Assembly: GCA_937890765.1 (NCBI GenBank)
Contig: CALADQ010000003.1
Coordinates: 68,461 to 100,460 of the forward strand
Direction of reading: 5' to 3'
Origin: an uncultured Candidatus Neoarthromitus sp.
GTDB taxonomy: Bacteria > Bacillota > Clostridia > Clostridiales > Clostridiaceae
Length of the DNA: 32,000 nucleotides
The position numbers and the translations under genes were made by a program. Numbering within the stretch: the stretch's first letter is position 1; every line of letters begins with the position of its first letter. Under the pieces are notes generated by a model, which ran no database searches, had not been told where the DNA came from, and saw nothing but the letters and a program-made list of their open reading frames with translations. Of the stretch, positions 1-8,627 are shown piece by piece.

Positions 1-625
1 GTTTAGATGAAAAGAAACCTTTATGTGCAGAAAGTCCACTAGGATGTGAAGATTTAACTACAAAATGTTTTTTATTATCGATTAACCTTTCTTTCTGAAT
101 TGCAAAATTACCCCACAAAATAAAAACTAAGTTCTTCCTATAAAGCGATAGAGTTTTTATAATTTTATCCGTAAATTTTCCCCATCCTATATCTTTGTGA
201 GAATTTGGAGAAGCTTTTCTAACCGTTAAACAAGAATTTAAAAGTAACACCCCTTGATTTGCCCAAGAAGTTAAATTGCCATGTTTAGGAATAGAAATCC
301 TCAAATCGTTTTTCATTTCTCTAAAAATATTTTTTAGCGAACTTGGAATTTCACATTCCTCATTAACTGAAAAAGAAAGTCCATGTGCTTGACTCTCACC
401 GTGATACGGATCTTGTCCTAAAATAACTACTTTCACATTATTAAAATCAACATGCTTAAAAGCGTTAAACACATTTTCTTTTGAAGGAAAAATTTTAAAA
501 TTTAAATATTCGTATTCCAAAGTTTGAAATATTTTTTTAAAATATTCTTCGGAACATTCTTTAACTATTATTCTTCTAAAATCACTACAAACATTATCAA
601 TATCAAATTCCTTTAAAAAATCCAC
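1..625 (-). CDS. ung: uracil-DNA glycosylase, family 1 (3' end cut by window edge)
   Basis: Absent from the ORF track because it runs off the left edge. My minus-strand translation reads VDFLKEFDIDN...NNVKVVILGQDPYHGESQAHGLSFSV...GVLLLNSCLTVRKASPNSHKDIGWGKFTD...LVFILWGNFA...VVKSSHPSGLSAHKGFFSSK. It carries the GQDPYH catalytic loop and the HPS..S intercalation loop of family-1 UDG. Probable GTG start at 625, with GAGGT about 8 nt upstream. Confidence 0.85.
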   Translation of the reverse strand, partial: MDFLKEFDIDNVCSDFRRIIVKECSEEYFKKIFQTLEYEYLNFKIFPSKENVFNAFKHVDFNNVKVVILGQDPYHGESQAHGLSFSVNEECEIPSSLKNIFREMKNDLRISIPKHGNLTSWANQGVLLLNSCLTVRKASPNSHKDIGWGKFTDKIIKTLSLYRKNLVFILWGNFAIQKERLIDNKKHFVVKSSHPSGLSAHKGFFSSK

Positions 626-710
626 AAATACTACCTCATAAACCCTTTAAATTTTACCCTATAACAATTAGTATAAAAACTATATTCACGAATTACAAGG
701 AGAGAATTAA

Positions 711-2615
711 ATGAATTTTATACGAGTTAGCACCGCAAGCCCAAAAACAAATGTTTCAGATATAAATTTCAACGTGGAAAATATTAAAATTTGCATCGAC
801 GAAGCCTTAAACAAAAATTCAAAAATAATAGTTTTCCCTGAACTTTCTATAACCTCATACACTTGCTTTGATTTATTTTTAACCAAAGATTTGTTGAACA
901 AAAGCTATGAAGGAATAAAAAATATTTTGGAATTTTCAAAAGGAAAAGATATTTTAATTGTTGTTGGTTCAATTTTTGAATTTAACAATTCACTTTTTAA
1001 TTGTGCGTTTGTTTTAAAAAATGAAAAAGTTTTAGGAATTTCTCCAAAAACTTTTCTTCCAAATTATAAAGAGTTTTACGAAAAAAGATATTTCACTGAG
1101 GGATTTATAGAATGTGAAAAAATTAAATTCTTAAATCAAGAAACTTATTTTGGCACTAACATCTTGTACAGTTATGAAAATATAAAAATCGGAATTGAAA
1201 TATGCGAAGATTTGTGGGCGCCAATTCCTAAAAGCTCTTACCTATCAATAAATGGAGCAAACATTATTTTAAATCTTTCTTCATCTAACGAAACTAACTT
1301 TAAGCACACTTTAAGAAAAGAATTAATTAAATCGCAAAGTAGCAAATTAAATTGTGCATATGTTTATGCAAATTCAAATTCTTCCGAATCAACTACAGAT
1401 TTAATTTTCTCGTCCTATACTTGCATCTATGAAAATGGTGAATTAATAAATGAATCTGAACGATTTCAAGACAACAACGTTTTGATTACGGGAATTGTAG
1501 ATATAGATTTTTTAAATTCTCAGAGGACAAACAACATAACTTTTAGAGATTCTTACAAATATCACAAAAAGAAAATGGAAATAGTCGAAATTAATTTCGA
1601 AAATTTAGATTACGGAAATTTCGATAGGAAAATAAACATTCACCCGTTTATTTCAAAAGACGAAAATCAAAACAAAATTCTTTTAGAAGAAATATTTTTA
1701 ATGCAGGCATCCTCTTTAAAAAAGAGATTAAACCATATAAATTTAGACAAAATAATTTTAGGAATAAGTGGAGGACTAGATTCAACATTAGCATTAATTT
1801 CTACGTACAACGCTTTTAAAATGATGAACATTCCTTCTGAAAATATAATAACCGTAACTTTACCTGGTCTTGGTACTTCTAAAAAAACAAAATCAAATGC
1901 AATTAATTTATGCAATCATTTAAATACGACATTAAAAACAATTGACATAACCAACGCAGTTCTAAAACATTTTCAAGACATAGACCATCCCGAAAATTTA
2001 CTTAACGTTACTTACGAAAATTCTCAAGCAAGAGAACGAACTCAAATTCTAATGGACTTAGCTAATAAAGAACACGCACTTTTATTAGGTACAGGAGATT
2101 TGTCAGAAATTGCACTAGGCTTTTCAACTTACAACGGAGATCACATGAGTATGTACAACATAAATTCATCAATACCAAAAACTTTAATAAAACATCTACT
2201 ACTTCACTATTGTGAAAATCTAAATTCAAATGATGAAATAAAAAATATATTAATAGATATAATAAACACTCCAATATCTCCAGAACTTCTTCCATCAGAT
2301 GAAAATAACAATATCTCACAAAAAACTGAAAACATAATAGGACCATATGAACTTCACGATTTCTTTTTGTATTATTTCATGAAATACAATATATCATTTG
2401 AAAAAATAGAATTCTTAGCTTTATATGGATTTAAAAATTTATATGATGAAAAAATAATAAAATCTTCCCTGAAAACTTTTGTGAAAAGATTTTTTCAAAA
2501 CCAATTTAAAAGATCGTGTATGCCTGATGGTCCTAAAATAACAGAAATTTCTTTATCTCCAAGAGGAGATCTAAAAATGAGTTCCGACTCCTCATATAAT
2601 TCATTTATAAATTAA
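711..2615 (+). CDS. nadE: glutamine-dependent NAD+ synthetase (N-terminal CN-hydrolase/glutaminase domain plus C-terminal NAD synthetase domain)
   Basis: 634-aa ORF. The N-terminal half has nitrilase-superfamily E-K-C motifs (VFPELSITSY, NYKEFYEKRYF, IGIEICEDLW). The C-terminal half has the PP-loop ILGISGGLDSTL and LGTGDLSEIALGFSTYNGDHMSMY. RBS AAGGAGAG lies upstream of the ATG. Confidence 0.9.
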   Translation: MNFIRVSTASPKTNVSDINFNVENIKICIDEALNKNSKIIVFPELSITSYTCFDLFLTKDLLNKSYEGIKNILEFSKGKDILIVVGSIFEFNNSLFNCAFVLKNEKVLGISPKTFLPNYKEFYEKRYFTEGFIECEKIKFLNQETYFGTNILYSYENIKIGIEICEDLWAPIPKSSYLSINGANIILNLSSSNETNFKHTLRKELIKSQSSKLNCAYVYANSNSSESTTDLIFSSYTCIYENGELINESERFQDNNVLITGIVDIDFLNSQRTNNITFRDSYKYHKKKMEIVEINFENLDYGNFDRKINIHPFISKDENQNKILLEEIFLMQASSLKKRLNHINLDKIILGISGGLDSTLALISTYNAFKMMNIPSENIITVTLPGLGTSKKTKSNAINLCNHLNTTLKTIDITNAVLKHFQDIDHPENLLNVTYENSQARERTQILMDLANKEHALLLGTGDLSEIALGFSTYNGDHMSMYNINSSIPKTLIKHLLLHYCENLNSNDEIKNILIDIINTPISPELLPSDENNNISQKTENIIGPYELHDFFLYYFMKYNISFEKIEFLALYGFKNLYDEKIIKSSLKTFVKRFFQNQFKRSCMPDGPKITEISLSPRGDLKMSSDSSYNSFIN

Positions 2616-2730
2616 AATTGTACAATTAAGATTACGATTTTTATCACATTTTTACTTTAAAATAATAATATAAACCATAACTAATTTATAAAAATATGAT
2701 TAACTAAAACGTAATCCTAAGGAGGAGCAT

Positions 2731-3168
2731 ATGAATAATACCCTTAATCAAAATATACTAGGTAATTCAATTGATATAAAAATAGGCACAAACACTTCAG
2801 GAAACTATTCAGAAGTAAGAGCAGATGTTCCTGTAACTCAATACCAATCCCTAAGACTTTGGGGTCAAGTTAAAGATAATACAGGTAATCCTATTCCCTA
2901 TGCTTTATTAAAATTAATTAAAAGTACTGGAGTAGGAAATACCTATTCAGGTATTTCTCACGCAACTGCAGACTGCCAAGGATTTTATCAATTTGATATT
3001 TGTCCAGATGATGCTGCTACCTACAAACTTCTAGCATCAAAACCAAACACAGGACCAGAATTAGTTATACAAAACAATGGAAACTGTCCTGGGACAGAGC
3101 CAGAATACAATCCTTGTCCTAGTGTAGGCTTGTCAACATTTTCATTATCTGATAACACTTGCGTATAA
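2731..3168 (+). CDS. hypothetical 145-aa protein with a possible CarboxypepD_reg/transthyretin-like beta-sandwich core and a Cys/Pro-containing tail; no signal peptide
   Basis: Strong RBS (AAGGAGGAG just upstream of the ATG) and its own intrinsic terminator directly after the stop. The segment LRLWGQVKDNTGNPIPYALLKLIK...CQGFYQFD...YKLLASKP resembles the G.V.D..G.PI..A.V pattern of carboxypeptidase-regulatory-like domains. Function unknown. Confidence 0.7.
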   Translation: MNNTLNQNILGNSIDIKIGTNTSGNYSEVRADVPVTQYQSLRLWGQVKDNTGNPIPYALLKLIKSTGVGNTYSGISHATADCQGFYQFDICPDDAATYKLLASKPNTGPELVIQNNGNCPGTEPEYNPCPSVGLSTFSLSDNTCV

Positions 3169-3174
3169 AAAAAG

Positions 3175-3205
3175 AGAGAGGAACAATTCCTCTCTTTTCT
3201 ATTTT
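3175..3205 (+). terminator. rho-independent terminator after the 145-aa ORF (A-tract upstream, so possibly bidirectional)
   Basis: AGAGAGGAA (3175-3183), loop CAA, TTCCTCTCT (3187-3195), followed by TTTCTATTTT. Preceded by AAAAAAA. Confidence 0.8.
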
Positions 3206-3377
3206 AAAATTTTATATAAATTAAAAACAAAAAAGCATGCACGATAAACCAATTAAAATGATTTTGAATTTAAAAATACATGCCTACAAAATTTAATAAA
3301 AACTTATATGCACTATATATAAAACTGAATTAAATACTCCAAAAATATCAAGAAATCACACTGAATATTAATTCATT

Positions 3378-3662
3378 CTAATACTCGTAGTTTTCTTTTA
3401 AAACCTCTATTAATTTTCCCAAATTTTTATCATTTATAGAATATGTAATTGCTAATCCTGATTTATGGGAAACCAATATCTTATGAGCTTTTAAAGTAGA
3501 TAAATGTTGAGATAATGCTGATTGTGTAACATGGTTAAGCCTACTATGAAGCTCACTTACTGTCATAGGTCTTTCTAATAAATAGCAAACAATATTCAAT
3601 CTATTTTCATTAGATAAGACTCTTAGAATTTCTGCTACTTCTTTAACATTTGCAATCATCAT
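3378..3662 (-). CDS. ArsR/SmtB-family winged-helix transcriptional regulator (orphan, no adjacent cargo gene)
   Basis: 94 aa. LRVLSNENRLNIVCYLLERPMTVSELHSRLNHVTQSALSQHLSTLKAHKILVSHKSGLAITYSI matches the ArsR HTH_5 layout (..R..IL..L...e..V.EL......sqs..S.HL..L...glv). The classical ELCVCDL metal site is not present; only a single Cys occurs at that position. Confidence 0.85.
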   Translation of the reverse strand: MMIANVKEVAEILRVLSNENRLNIVCYLLERPMTVSELHSRLNHVTQSALSQHLSTLKAHKILVSHKSGLAITYSINDKNLGKLIEVLKENYEY

Positions 3663-3714
3663 AAAAAATTTAATCCTCTTTCACTTTTATAATTCTTGAA
3701 ACCTATTACTATAT

Positions 3715-3758
3715 AATATAATATTAAAACGTATGTTTGTAAATGAATATATATTCAT
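3715..3758 (-). promoter_or_regulatory. candidate arsR-family promoter (TTTACA-17-TATATT) with an overlapping perfect 16-bp palindrome ATGAATATATATTCAT as candidate operator
   Basis: On the minus strand the -35 TTTACA is at 3743-3738 and the -10 TATATT at 3720-3715, with a 17-nt spacer. The palindrome at 3743-3758 abuts and overlaps the -35. Its core TGAA-N6-TTCA matches the known SmtB/CzrA-type operator core. Confidence 0.45.
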
Positions 3759-3905
3759 AAAAATAAATTATTTATATATAAACATACTTTTTTACAAAAA
3801 AATCTTAGTAAATTTATAAAATTATTATATAATTTTTATATAGTTAATTCATTAATATCAAAAACTTTGATTATTTGTTTCAATTAGTGTTAAAATTTAA
3901 ATTTT

Positions 3906-3941
3906 TTATAAATAAAAGAACTTATCTATTTAGATAAGCTC
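3906..3941 (-). terminator. rho-independent terminator of the MATE gene (stop codon lies inside the stem)
   Basis: Minus strand reads GAGCTTATCTA-AA-TAGATAAGTTC (one G-U pair) followed by TTTTATTTAT. Confidence 0.65.
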
Positions 3942-5270
3942 TTTTTTGTTAATTATTATATTTTTATATATCACAATTATGCAAACGCAAAAACCTAAAA
4001 TCTCGGCAAATGGAAACACTAACCAAACTCCTGTTACATTAAGTTTAGGTACTAAAATTAAAAATCCTAGAATTATAAATACAACAGTTGAACATAATGA
4101 CATAATCATCGACTTAACGGATTGATTTATTGATTGAAAAAAATAAATTGTGACTATATTAAACGACATAAAAATACATCCTATAAAATACAACTTCATT
4201 CCCATTGAAGTTATGTTTATAAGTTCAAAATCCCAAGACTTTGTGAATATTGAAGATATATTTTTTGAAAATGTGAAAATTAAAACATAAGATATTAACG
4301 AAAAAATTACAGACGTTGAGAATCCATAAAGAAATGTTTTTTTGCATCTTGAAAATTTATTTGCCCCAAAATTAGAGCTTACAATTGGTTGAATACATTG
4401 TGCTATACCAGAAAATATACAAACTATAACGTACGATACATTAAGTATTATTCCATAAGCTGCTACATAAATATTTCCACCTATAGTAACTAAAACTTTG
4501 TTAAATAAAAATATGCTTATACCTCTGCAAAACTCTAAAATAAATGTACCAAATCCATTTACTAAAACTTTTTTTATAATTTTAAAATTTATTCCAAGCC
4601 CAACTAATTTTAATGTATTTCCTTTTGTTTTAAAATGAGTTAACAATACGCACAGATTTACAATTGGAGACATTACTGTTGCAATTACTGCACCTTTCAT
4701 TCCCCAGTTAAATTTAAATATAAAAACATAATCAAATACAACATTCACAAGATTCGCAAATATTGTTGCCATCATAACAATTTTGGGATTTTTATCATTT
4801 CTTATGAAACATCCTAAAACTCCTGAAAGCAAAAATGCCCAAGTAAAACCAACTAAAATGGTAAAATATTCTCTAAATAAAGGTTGTATTTCTGGAGTTG
4901 TTCCTAAAAATTTTCCTATACTATCTACAAATATAACTCCTAAAATAGATACTATTATTCCAACAATAAATGCAAATAAAACTGCACTTGTAAAAATTTT
5001 GTTGCTATTGTGTCCTTCGCCTTTTTCTCTTTCTATTGAAAGAATATTTGATCCACCTATCCCAATACAAAGAATTATAGACGCAAAAACAGTAAAAAGT
5101 GGAACTGCTATATTTAACGCCGTAAGTCCATCTCGTCCTACTCCAACTCCAACAAACATAGTATCCACAAAAACATATAAAGAAACTGCAATAGAAGAAA
5201 GAACTCCTGGAATTAAATATCTTAAAAATATTTTTCTTAAATCATCTTTTAACAAATCAATTTTCTTCAT
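3930..5270 (-). CDS. MATE-family multidrug/sodium-coupled efflux transporter
   Basis: 446 aa with about 12 hydrophobic segments. N-terminal LRYLIPGVLSSIAVSLYVFVDTMFVGVGVGRDGLTALNIAVP is typical of MatE repeat 1, and a second MatE-like half follows. RBS GAGAGG. Confidence 0.8.
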   Translation of the reverse strand: MKKIDLLKDDLRKIFLRYLIPGVLSSIAVSLYVFVDTMFVGVGVGRDGLTALNIAVPLFTVFASIILCIGIGGSNILSIEREKGEGHNSNKIFTSAVLFAFIVGIIVSILGVIFVDSIGKFLGTTPEIQPLFREYFTILVGFTWAFLLSGVLGCFIRNDKNPKIVMMATIFANLVNVVFDYVFIFKFNWGMKGAVIATVMSPIVNLCVLLTHFKTKGNTLKLVGLGINFKIIKKVLVNGFGTFILEFCRGISIFLFNKVLVTIGGNIYVAAYGIILNVSYVIVCIFSGIAQCIQPIVSSNFGANKFSRCKKTFLYGFSTSVIFSLISYVLIFTFSKNISSIFTKSWDFELINITSMGMKLYFIGCIFMSFNIVTIYFFQSINQSVKSMIMSLCSTVVFIILGFLILVPKLNVTGVWLVFPFAEILGFCVCIIVIYKNIIINKKELI

Positions 5271-5337
5271 TTAAACCTCTCAAAAATTATTTTCTCCAAA
5301 TCTTAATTTTCTCAATTAAAAATAATACTACAAAAAT

Positions 5338-5368
5338 AAAAGGGAAATCAATTAAATGACTTCCCTTT
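5338..5368 (-). terminator. rho-independent terminator after mtlD
   Basis: Minus strand reads AAAGGGAA-(14-nt loop)-TTCCCTTT followed by TATTTTTG, starting 3 nt after the mtlD stop. Confidence 0.65.
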
Positions 5369-5370
5369 TT

Positions 5371-6507
5371 TCAAATAGATAAACTGTAATTGTCAATAAT
5401 TTTATTTAAGATTTCATTTTCTGTTATTCCAGAAATTTCTTTAAGCGCTCTCAAAATTCCATTTTCATTTATAATTTTTTGCATTAACACACTACTTTCA
5501 TCATTAGGTGAGAAAAATTTTAAAGCGCAAGAAACTCCAAAACAAAGTTTATCAATTTTTTCTCCAAACTCATAACAAGTTAAAATTGGTTTTACAAATC
5601 TATCGTTTAAAGATAATTTTCTCATGGGATCTCTTCCAACTCTTAAAACTTCATCTTCTAAATACGGATTTTTAAATCTTTCAATAATTTTGTTTATATA
5701 ATTTAAGTGGGTTTCCCTATCAAAAAAATATTTTCGTATTAATCCACTTCCACTTTCCATCATGCACTCTCTTACATTTTCAAATATAAATTCATCGTTG
5801 ATGCTTTCAAAAATTGTTTTATATCCTTTTAAATAACCTAAGTAAGCTGTCATTGAATGCCCTGTGTTAAGAGTAAACATTTTTCTTTCAACATAAGAAA
5901 CTAAATCATCAACTAAATTAATTCCAAAAATATTTAGCTCACCATGAATTTGATTTTTCTGAACGTTCCACTCGTAAAAATCTTCAACAACTACATCAAC
6001 AGAATTATTTTTTATTGGAGGAACTATTCTGTCTACGGAACAGTTAACAAAACCAACATTATTTTCACAAAATTCTTTCTCTTCATCATTTAAATATTTT
6101 AAAATTTCGTTTTTAAGAATTTCCGTTGCGTTAACTGCATTTTCACAAGCTATTATATTAAGTGGAGAGTTTAAATTATTTGCAATTCTGTTTTTTATTC
6201 CTAAAGCTATTGTGTTTGCAATTCGTGAAAGTATAGGAACGCCTACAGCTGTTGTTATTAAATTGCAATTTAACATTTCTGAAATGAGTTTTTTGTCTAA
6301 AGAATTAATTCCTCTAACATTTTCTATTAGCTCTTCTCGTTTGTTTATGTCATGAATTAAAACTTTGTATTTTTTGTTTTGATTTATTTTGTCAATAAGC
6401 TCGTCATTAACGTCGCAAAACAAAACTTCGTATGAAGATTTAGATAGAAGAGCTCCAATAAAACCTCTTCCAATATTTCCTGCCCCAAATTGAATAGCTT
6501 TTTTCAT
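5371..6507 (-). CDS. mtlD: mannitol-1-phosphate 5-dehydrogenase
   Basis: 378 aa. N-terminal Rossmann motif MKKAIQFGAGNIGRGFIG is typical of MtlD. It is the last gene of the mtl operon. Confidence 0.9.
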   Translation of the reverse strand: MKKAIQFGAGNIGRGFIGALLSKSSYEVLFCDVNDELIDKINQNKKYKVLIHDINKREELIENVRGINSLDKKLISEMLNCNLITTAVGVPILSRIANTIALGIKNRIANNLNSPLNIIACENAVNATEILKNEILKYLNDEEKEFCENNVGFVNCSVDRIVPPIKNNSVDVVVEDFYEWNVQKNQIHGELNIFGINLVDDLVSYVERKMFTLNTGHSMTAYLGYLKGYKTIFESINDEFIFENVRECMMESGSGLIRKYFFDRETHLNYINKIIERFKNPYLEDEVLRVGRDPMRKLSLNDRFVKPILTCYEFGEKIDKLCFGVSCALKFFSPNDESSVLMQKIINENGILRALKEISGITENEILNKIIDNYSLSI

Positions 6508-6511
6508 AATT

Positions 6512-8617
6512 TTAATTTATCCTTCCATTTTCAAATTTTTTTATATGCTCTTTAAGCTGTGAAACGTAATATCTATTTAAAATATTTTCAACATGAAGTT
6601 TAACTTCGTTAAAATCATTTTTTAATATTAATTTTATAAATTTATTGTCTTTAACTAAGTCAGAAGTTATTTCTCCTATTAAATTTCGGAAAATTTCAAA
6701 ATTAAACTTGCGTGGAATTATAAAGTAAAATATTATTTTTAAATCTCCATCGTAAATTTTAATTTTATTGTTTAAAAAATAAACTCCTATGAACAATTCA
6801 TTTGAAAAATCGCTAATCGCATGCATAATAATAAGTTCCATTTCTTTCACAAAAGTTTTTGATAACAATTCACGATTCAAAACTTCCAAATAAATTTCAT
6901 TTTTGTTTTTATCCACGGTGTTAAACACAACTTCTTTAATTAAACTTTTTATATTTCCTTTAAAATCCAATTTCCTTAATTTAAATTTATCGCAAATAAG
7001 TTTTACACTTTCCCCAAGCAAATTTATAAAATCTATGTCTATAATTTGTGGTTTTATATTTTTACAATTCATAATTTCAATTCTTTTAGTTTTAAGAAGC
7101 TCTTTTAATTTACTGCTTATTATTAAAATATCTTTTTGAGTAAACTTACCGTGAACTTTAATGTAATTATCATAACCTTGAATATTTTCTGTGCTTATAA
7201 CAAAATCCACATTTTTAAGTTTAATTTCTTCCATGAGATTTGAAGAATTAACTATACCAACTATTAAAATATTTGGAAACTCATTTATAATTTTATTGCA
7301 AAGAAAAACGCAAACACGTTTAGTTTCACAACAAATTAAAGCTCTATATTTAAATGTAGATTGAAGTTTACTTTCGTAACCTGCAACAATGTGCATTGTA
7401 ATATAACCTATTTCCGATTCAGGTATTTTATATGAAACTATGTTTTCTATGAAAGAACACGCCTCTTTAGTTGCGTCGTAAAATTCTTTATAATCATTTT
7501 TCATCATGTGTAAAAAAGTATTTCTTATGTTCATTTTCATTATTAATCTGCTTAAAGCTGGCCCTAAATGAGAAGTTAAATTTTCAATTAACCCATTACA
7601 ATCCATAAGATGAATATTTAAAATTTCTTCAACTTTTCTAACAATGTCGCAAGCTAATTTCATTTTATCTAAATTTTTAAAATCAAACTCATCGAATAAA
7701 GTATTTGTTTTGCAAAAATTGTTAGACTTTAAGTGCATAGCTAAATAGCAAACATCCCCATCTTTCAAATTTTTTGAAAGCTTAATACAAACTTCATTCA
7801 TAATAAATTGGCTTACAATAAATTCATTGCTCTCTCTAAACTTATCTACAAAATTTTTTTCAAACTCGCAAAATAAATTTTCATTTAAACGCTTAACGCT
7901 TAAACACAAATGAATCAAAACGCACATGTAAGATTTTTTAGATGGATTAATATTAAATTGATTAATTGAAGAAACGATTATTTCGTTACAAAACTTAATT
8001 GTATGTTCATCTATAAATTTTAAAATTCCATATTTCGTGTTGTCGTCATTTGAAAATACGTTTTTAATTTGAGTATACAATTCATCTTCTGAAAACTTTT
8101 CATAAATAATGTACGACAAAACTTCACGAATTTTTTCCTCGTTTCCTTCAACGTATATACCATAACCTTTTTTAACATTTAAATTTAAATCAAATGACTT
8201 AAGAAAATTTTTCAGAAAATTTAAATCTTTAATAAGAGTTGAGTAAGAAATTTTAAATTTTTTCATGAAGTAAGAGCTTTTAACAGGAGAATTTTTTTGA
8301 GCTATTGAATTTATAATGTAAATGATTCTATCGTTTTTCGAAAAATTAATCAAAGAATATTTATCTCCTATAATGTCTTTAAGGAAATTTAATTTTTCAG
8401 AATCCTCGTTTATATAAATTCCCACTCCACTTTTCTTAACAAACTTAAAATCATTTTCAAACAAAAATTCTTCAATAAAAGGAAGTTCTCTAACAATTGT
8501 TCGAGAACTTACATTTAATTCTATTGATATATCTTTAATTGTTATTGGCTTATTGCCGTTTTCAATTATTATAGAGATTATTTGCTTTTGCCTAGATGTA
8601 ATTTTTAATTTTCCCAT
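6512..8617 (-). CDS. mtlR: PRD-domain mannitol operon transcriptional activator (HTH, Mga-like, 2 PRD, EIIB-Gat-like and EIIA-Mtl-like domains)
   Basis: 701 aa. N-terminal HTH (SRQKQIISIIIENGNKPITIKDISIELNVSSRTIVREL). The size and the position between mtlA and mtlD match Firmicute MtlR. Confidence 0.8.
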   Translation of the reverse strand: MGKLKITSRQKQIISIIIENGNKPITIKDISIELNVSSRTIVRELPFIEEFLFENDFKFVKKSGVGIYINEDSEKLNFLKDIIGDKYSLINFSKNDRIIYIINSIAQKNSPVKSSYFMKKFKISYSTLIKDLNFLKNFLKSFDLNLNVKKGYGIYVEGNEEKIREVLSYIIYEKFSEDELYTQIKNVFSNDDNTKYGILKFIDEHTIKFCNEIIVSSINQFNINPSKKSYMCVLIHLCLSVKRLNENLFCEFEKNFVDKFRESNEFIVSQFIMNEVCIKLSKNLKDGDVCYLAMHLKSNNFCKTNTLFDEFDFKNLDKMKLACDIVRKVEEILNIHLMDCNGLIENLTSHLGPALSRLIMKMNIRNTFLHMMKNDYKEFYDATKEACSFIENIVSYKIPESEIGYITMHIVAGYESKLQSTFKYRALICCETKRVCVFLCNKIINEFPNILIVGIVNSSNLMEEIKLKNVDFVISTENIQGYDNYIKVHGKFTQKDILIISSKLKELLKTKRIEIMNCKNIKPQIIDIDFINLLGESVKLICDKFKLRKLDFKGNIKSLIKEVVFNTVDKNKNEIYLEVLNRELLSKTFVKEMELIIMHAISDFSNELFIGVYFLNNKIKIYDGDLKIIFYFIIPRKFNFEIFRNLIGEITSDLVKDNKFIKLILKNDFNEVKLHVENILNRYYVSQLKEHIKKFENGRIN

Positions 8618-8627
8618 AATTCCTCAA

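Noticed and set aside
2616-2627. Perfect 12-bp palindrome AATTGTACAATT right after the nadE stop
   Set aside because: It is too short and A/T-rich to form a terminator stem and has no following T-run. There is no second copy or associated regulator, so it is likely chance.
3237-3296. 19-codon mini-ORF (MHDKPIKMILNLKIHAYKI) in the gap between the 145-aa gene and the ArsR gene
   Set aside because: It has no Shine-Dalgarno sequence and no promoter-like context, and its size is expected by chance.
4783-5274. 163-aa plus-strand ORF antisense to the MATE transporter
   Set aside because: It is fully embedded antisense to a well-supported membrane-protein gene. It has no RBS and a low-complexity K/P/I/T-rich translation, as expected from the complement of hydrophobic codons.
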